From positions 1-43,638 of the forward strand of contig NW_021832717.1 of assembly GCF_006345805.1 (NCBI RefSeq): DNA of 43,638 nt, written 5' to 3'. The notes under the pieces were generated by a model, which was not told where the DNA came from, searched no databases, and was given only the letters and a program-made list of their open reading frames with translations. This DNA comes from Octopus sinensis (lineage: Eukaryota). The position numbers and the translations under genes were made by a program. Positions 37,705 to 43,638 of the stretch are shown one piece after another. How positions within the stretch are numbered: position 1 is the first letter of the stretch; each line of letters begins with the position of its first letter.

Positions 37705-38406
37705 ATATACATTTATATATCCATATATAAATCACTGATAGCGAGATAACGAGATAACAGACTATCAGTTATTAAACAAATGCGCTTTTCAATAATACAA
37801 TTCAAGATATTTCGCATTCACAAAAATTGTTTATTGTTATTGTTAACGTTAGCGTCATCACTATTCTTAGTGTTGTTGTTGTTGTTGTTGTTATTGTTAT
37901 TGATGTTGTTATTGTTTGTTTTTGTTGTTGTTGTTGTAAGTAGTAGGTCTGTTATTGAATACGTCAAACTAATTATATTCGACGCAGCTCTCTTTGGCGA
38001 AGAAGAATGGCAAGATACATTATAAGACAATGAAACCCGCTGACTACTTACTTTTGCTTATAGTTTAGAGTTTGTGTTGGAATAGATTGGGAATAAAGAT
38101 AGATTAGATACGCATTGCACACACACACACACACACATAATATATTATATATATATTAATATATGTGTGTGTGTGTATATATATATATTAATATATATAT
38201 GTGTATATGCATATATGTATATATATATATATATGCTTATATGTATATATGAGTATATATATACATATAAAAACATATACATATACACACAGACACACAC
38301 TCACGCGCACACACATACAAACGTATGTACGGGCCTATGTTTGTACTTAAATACGTATGTATGAGAATATATGTATGTTCATGCTTGTGTGTGTGTGTGT
38401 GTTTGT

Positions 38407-38444
<38 letters not shown>

Positions 38445-38564
38445 CGTCTTTGTATAGATGCCCTACGCACACATACGTGTATATGTATATATATATCTAT
38501 ATATACATATATATATATATATAATATAATATAATATATATTAATATATATAAATATACATTAC

Positions 38565-38628
<64 letters not shown>

Positions 38629-38830
38629 CATGTTTGTATTCATATTCACATGTACGTGTTACATATACATATACGCACACCACATACAGATATATATACA
38701 TGTATGTATACGTATGCATATATGCATTCATATGCACGCAAACATATATGTACTGAATGATAAAAACATACACATCTGTATGCATATAACTCAGGATTGA
38801 ATTTATTCGCTTACCCGCACACAAACACAA

Positions 38831-38869
<39 letters not shown>

Positions 38870-38900
38870 ACACATATATACACACACTCATATACCCATA
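36110..38900. repeat. Compound microsatellite region ((TA)n, (CATA)n, (CA)n, (TTG)n); similar tracts at 7540-7806, 17344-17760, 27310-27950 and 33330-33800
   Basis: Directly visible simple repeats. Confidence 0.95.
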
Positions 38901-39168
38901 TTCACGCATGCATATATTAAGCGAAACACAAACAGACACAAGTATAAAGAGACAAAGATGGTTGCGTTTACATTTATATATAAATACAGATTCATGTCTC
39001 AACTCACCTTTCTTTATAAACACGCACACACACATACAATCACACTTATTTAAACACTGAATACATTGACCGATGAACCAGTAAGGAAGGAGAAGATAGA
39101 CTAAATAGAGAAAGAGAGCAGTAGACAAATGCTCATCTCAACACACATTTGACATAAACAGCGAAGCG

Positions 39169-40071
39169 AGCTACCTTCCTACATATAGATGCTCGGGAGA
39201 ACCGTCTCGCCACACGTCCGCGACCACCTACATCACGTTTAACAACCAAAAGTCAAGATTCCTTTCCAAGCTACCTTCCTACATATAGATGCTCGGGAGA
39301 ACCGTCTCGCCACACTCGTCCGCGACCACCTACATCACATTTAACACAACACCAAAAGTCAAGCTTCCTTTCCAAGCTACCTTCCTACATATAGATGCTC
39401 GGGAGAACCGTCTCGCCACACGTCGCGACCACCTACATCACGTTTAACAACCAAAGTCCAGCTTCCTTTCCAAGCTACCTTCCTACATATAGATGCTCGG
39501 GAGAACCGTCTCGCCACACGTCCGCGACACCTACATCACATTTAACAACCAAAAGTCAAGCTTCCTTTCCAGCTACCTTCCTACATATAGATGCTCGGGA
39601 GAACCGTCTCGCCACACGTCCGCGACCACCTACATCACGTTTAACAACCAAAAGTCAAGCTTCCTTTCCAAGCTACCTTCCTACATATAGATGCTCGGGA
39701 GAACCGTCTCGCCACACGTCCGCGACCACCTACATCACGTTTAACAACCAAAAGTCAAGCTTCCTTTGCAAGCTACCTTCCTACATATAGATGCTCGGGA
39801 GAACCGTCTCGCCACACGTCCGCGACCACCTACATCACGTTTAACAACCAAAAGTCAAGCTTCCTTTCCAAGCTACCTTCCTACATATAGATGCTCGGGA
39901 GAACCGTCTCGCCACACGTCCGCGACCACCTACATCACATTTAACAACCAAAAGTCAAGCTTCCTTTCCAAGCTACCTTCCTACATATAGATGCTCGGGA
40001 GAACCGTCTCGCCACACGTCCGCGACCACCTACATCACATTTAACAACCAAAAGTCAAGCTTCCTTTCCAA
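39169..40071. repeat. 100-bp tandem satellite, 9 copies
   Basis: Unit agctaccttcctacatatagatgctcgggagaaccgtctcgccacacgtccgcgaccacctacatcac(g/a)tttaacaaccaaaagtcaagcttcctttcca; exact 100-bp period from 39601 to 40001. Confidence 0.97.
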
Positions 40072-40290
40072 TCGTCATTGTTAATAGGTCTCGGAATATA
40101 AATATAAGCTGGTATATATACTGCTATCGCATTCACAGAATTAACATCACGTGGCCTGGGCTGACCAATGGAGGCCTAAGATCTAGAAACCATCATGAGT
40201 TTGTCTCAAATCCGCCACTATTCTAATGTCTAATAAGACGAGCCTGTCCTCGCACCCACAAAACTTTAAGTCATTTGATGTTGAGTAGGC

Positions 40291-40371
40291 AAAGTTGACC
40301 TCAGCGGAATTTGAACTCAGAACGGCAAGACGTACGAAATGCCGCCAAACATTCTGCTAGCACCCCGCCTT
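40291..40371 (-). mobile_element. SINE 5' fragment (family of 41809-42040)
   Basis: aaagttgacctcagcggaatttgaactcagaacg..gaaat..ccgcctt. Confidence 0.6.
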
Positions 40372-40445
40372 ATTCTGGTTTAAAACAAAAAATATTAAAA
40401 ATTGACTGAAGCGTTCAAACTTTAAATGGAAAGGCTATTATTACA

Positions 40446-40502
<57 letters not shown>

Positions 40503-40708
40503 GCTACACGGAATGAGAGTGAAGAGAATTTGGTTTCTTTGTGAGAATATTAAATTTCCGTTGGTCAGTTCAGGTCACGGTGATACTTCAGGCATTCCGC
40601 GAGAGCACTTTTGTTCATTACATAATCCACGTAGTTGAACAGACGAAACGTTGGCTTCATTAACATTCCGTGGGGAATGATGTTTCAATGACAGTAGCAT
40701 GTTACATA

Positions 40709-40914
40709 CCGCATTTTACGGCATACTAGTTGACGTAGTACGTAGCAATAAAATATAGCATAAACAATTAAACATGATCGCAATCTTTCCAAATCCTGTT
40801 GCATTTCAAGCGGGATTTTTGGTTCTCCAAAATCTTTTGGGTGTATAAGTCGACATACCTATTTGGCTGTAAATTTTAGTTTGAAAAATTCGACTTATAT
40901 GCCGGAAAACACAG
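40709..40914. mobile_element. Tc1/mariner (Tc2/pogo-like) MITE
   Basis: TA|ccgcattttacggcata ... tatgccggaaaacacag|TA; internal tataagtcg / cgacttata motifs. Confidence 0.7.
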
Positions 40915-41094
40915 TATCAGTTTGCGTAATATGTTGGTGTGAATTAACTAGAGACGAGTGTTTGTAGAACTCAAGATAGGTCGGTTTCTCTATTGATGAT
41001 TACTGCAGCTTATTGGTGTATATGCAGTTTTCTTGGCGGTAGAGATTCATTTTCAAACATCAGGTGTGTTAAGAAGGACCTTGTCATGAGTACC

Positions 41095-41700
41095 CTATCC
41101 CCAAACACAAGGAGAGTTAGAAAGAGAAGCATTATCTGGATTACCCCTTCATTCAACGTAGATGTTTCTAGTGACGTCTCACGAAGCTCCTTGACGCTAA
41201 TTAGAAAGCATATCTCAAGAACCCATAATTATCAAAAACCTTATTACATCGCTTCTAAAATTATATACCACAACAGACTCAAATACACACAAACACAGTC
41301 GCGACCTCACACCCCAATCTGTAAATGCCGAAATTCACCAACTAACCAAACAGAAAGCTTTGTCTATTAAATCCTCTGGTCTCTAGAGCAACTCTCACAC
41401 TATACAGTAGAATATCGAGATGCTAGACGAGCATAAATGCCAAGGATTTGAAGGGAAGGTTATGTAAAATATACCATCTTTCAGGTGTAGAGATGGGGAA
41501 ATATCTACTTCTTTATCTCGCTTACTCTGGAAACTCTGGATCAAAGAAACGACTTACCTATTGGATTATCCTAACTCATATGGGGGTCGTACTCGTCACG
41601 TGTGTCTAAATGAAAAACTGCACATAATCCAACAGCCTGCAATATCTTTCAATCGGAAAATCGTCCTTTCCAATGTCATTAAAATACGCCCTGTTAATAA
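41095..41700 (+). pseudogene. Decayed PLE C-terminus (linker plus GIY-YIG), a different lineage from the 806-aa element
   Basis: RKRSIIWITPSFNVDVSSDVSRSSLTLIRKH, CKCRN..ESFVY, STSLSRLLWKL and CLNEKLHII remnants across stops and frameshifts. Confidence 0.65.
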
Positions 41701-41808
41701 AGTGTAAACTGCTGGCCGCTAACAATCCGAAAATACCTCATTAAACTCAGATGATATTTAATTCCTGTTGCCCCGACTGAGATTATTCCCAATCAGCGTA
41801 CTAGTACC

Positions 41809-42040
41809 TATTTTTTTACTACCCACAAGGAGCTAAAGACAGAGGGGATAAACAAGGACAGGCAGACGGATTAAGTCGATTACATCGACCCCAGTGCGTA
41901 ACTGGTACTTAATTTATCGACCTCGAAAGGATGAAGAGCAAAGTCGACCTCGGCGGAATTTGAACTCAGAACGTAGCCGCAGATGAAATACCGATAAGCA
42001 TTTCGCCCGGCGTGCTAACGTTTCTGCCAGCTCGCCGCCT
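41809..42040 (-). mobile_element. Full-length tRNA-derived SINE with 10-bp TSD
   Basis: Minus strand ggcggcgagctggcagaaacgttagc..gagttcaaattcc; TSD tactagtacc at 41799-41808 and 42041-42050. Confidence 0.9.
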
Positions 42041-42380
42041 TACTAGTACCGTACTCGACCATAATCTGACTGCGTCAATACCCCACAACTATGCTCAACA
42101 TGAAAATAGATATGTATCATGATCTTATCCAAATGGTTATCTCACCATGTAGCATCTGTCATAGCAGTGATGTCATTCTTCACAGTATGTCGACTAATTG
42201 ACGTCAGCATCCTTTCTTTACAACAACGTGGATGACATAATGAAAAAATTGCTATCACTCACCTGCTACGGTATCCAAGTGACCTGAACTGATCAACGGG
42301 GTGTAAATATTCCCGTTTAGAATCCATTTCAAAGTATCTTTCAAATTCTCTCCTTGTGAGCTCGACGCCCTAACCACTGA

Positions 42381-42416
<36 letters not shown>

Positions 42417-42598
42417 AATATTCTATATTTATAAACATAATTACAGTTAGGGGTCAGCTAATTGCTTCACCACGCACCGAATTTAGAAATAGGGGTTAAA
42501 ATTCCTTTTCTGCTACCGTAAAGATCTCCCAGATAGTAACACACTTTATTTACGTAGGCAAAAAGAAAAAAAATAACGAATCCACACGACTCAGATTA

Positions 42599-42666
42599 GC
42601 TACATACGCGTTTCGGGATTAAAGTGAAGTTATATTTACTAACTTATTTCACCTCATCAATGCAGC
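42599..42666 (-). ncRNA. Hammerhead motif (U3 variant) in a PLE-type remnant (~42420-42855)
   Basis: Minus strand gctgca-TTGATGA-gg...cc-GAAA-cgcg-TA-tgtagc: 6-bp stem I (one G:U), palindromic stem III acgcgt. Confidence 0.65.
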
Positions 42667-42859
42667 ATTTCAAATATAAATTTGAGAGTGCCAGGATTAA
42701 ATATGTAGGCGATCAAGCGCCATCGCATAACTGGTATCCAGCTAACACTTACAAAAAATATACAGCCGAATGTGAACACATATTCATCCTTAATACCCAC
42801 GTGTATGTTACGAGAAATCTAACAGAAACTGCAGTTTTCGATCAGGAGTAAATATCTAT

Positions 42860-42905
<46 letters not shown>

Positions 42906-43638
42906 ACAATGACGGACGCTAGTCATATCGGCTCCAAGTAAGTTGGCCACTTTTACTACATGTTATAAACCTCCTTGTTGTCAAATATTTTGTTTAATCG
43001 TTGTGCAATTCATTCACTAAAAAAACCTGAGAATTATTCACGTAGAATTCCGCCCCTGTATGGCGAAATTACAAAAAAACTTTCAAAACTTTCGTGGGTT
43101 TTTTAGTCATTTTTCATTTTGAAAATGGCAACTAGAAACCACGTGGCTAGCCCGCCAGTCATGCAGAACGGTAGCAAAACACTATTGCTACCACTAGCTG
43201 CTAAACATCGCAGCGTGAACACCGCTGTCACCACCATCACCGCCCACCAACACAACAACAACAAACAAATCTAACGTCGCATTCACCATCGCCGCGACCA
43301 AAGACATTAACTTAGATTTCCCTCACTCCCCCACCACTTGTTGATGATAAAGGGACAGAGAAAGGGATTTCAAAAATGAATACAAACGAAAACATGAATG
43401 CCAGCACCACCACCATCACCACCAACAACAACAACAACGAAATTGGCACAAAGCCGCCTACCAAAGACAACACCGCCAACACCAACACCACTACTACGAC
43501 GTCAAATGCTACATCCAAGCCTTCTGCCCTCTGCTGCTAATACCGCCAACACCAACACCACTACATGACTTCAATTAACACTTCTACTGCCAAATTCAAA
43601 ACGAATTTTGCGGACGTAACAAAACAAAAAAGAACAAT

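Noticed and set aside
39169-40071. CRISPR-like array or repeat-protein ORFs
   Set aside because: No unique spacers, no cas genes, eukaryotic context, and the 100-bp unit is not a multiple of 3.
42906-43165. Possible TIR pair atgacggacgctagtca / tggctagcccgccagtcat
   Set aside because: Short gapped match with no clear TSD.
43220-43600. ORF 43312-43518 and ACC/AAC-rich tract
   Set aside because: Degenerate trinucleotide low-complexity sequence with no splice or domain evidence.

Overview
AT-rich, microsatellite-laden eukaryotic DNA with no recognisable host gene. The SINE families and (TA)n/(TATG)n content suggest a cephalopod, probably Octopus (inference). The window is a nest of mobile elements: a nearly intact Penelope-like retroelement (PLE; RT plus GIY-YIG, minus strand, 12598-17343) with a direct 3' pseudo-LTR and an inverted 5' pseudo-LTR; a Ty3/Gypsy LTR element lacking RT/RNase H (7807-10789); Chapaev3-like, mariner, hAT and Tc2-like DNA transposon remnants; non-autonomous Helitrons; tRNA-derived SINEs; LINE 3' ends; and 27-bp, 100-bp and ~770-bp tandem arrays. 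The most interesting signal is about ten hammerhead ribozyme (HHR)-like motifs in PLE-type repeats, several with non-canonical cores. The large PLE's motif has a G3:C8 swap of the C3:G8 pair plus an extra nucleotide after A9, and the ORF-bearing copy begins about 11 nt downstream of the predicted cleavage site. Most ORFs in the supplied track are microsatellite artefacts. All calls are by eye; no searches or folding were run.
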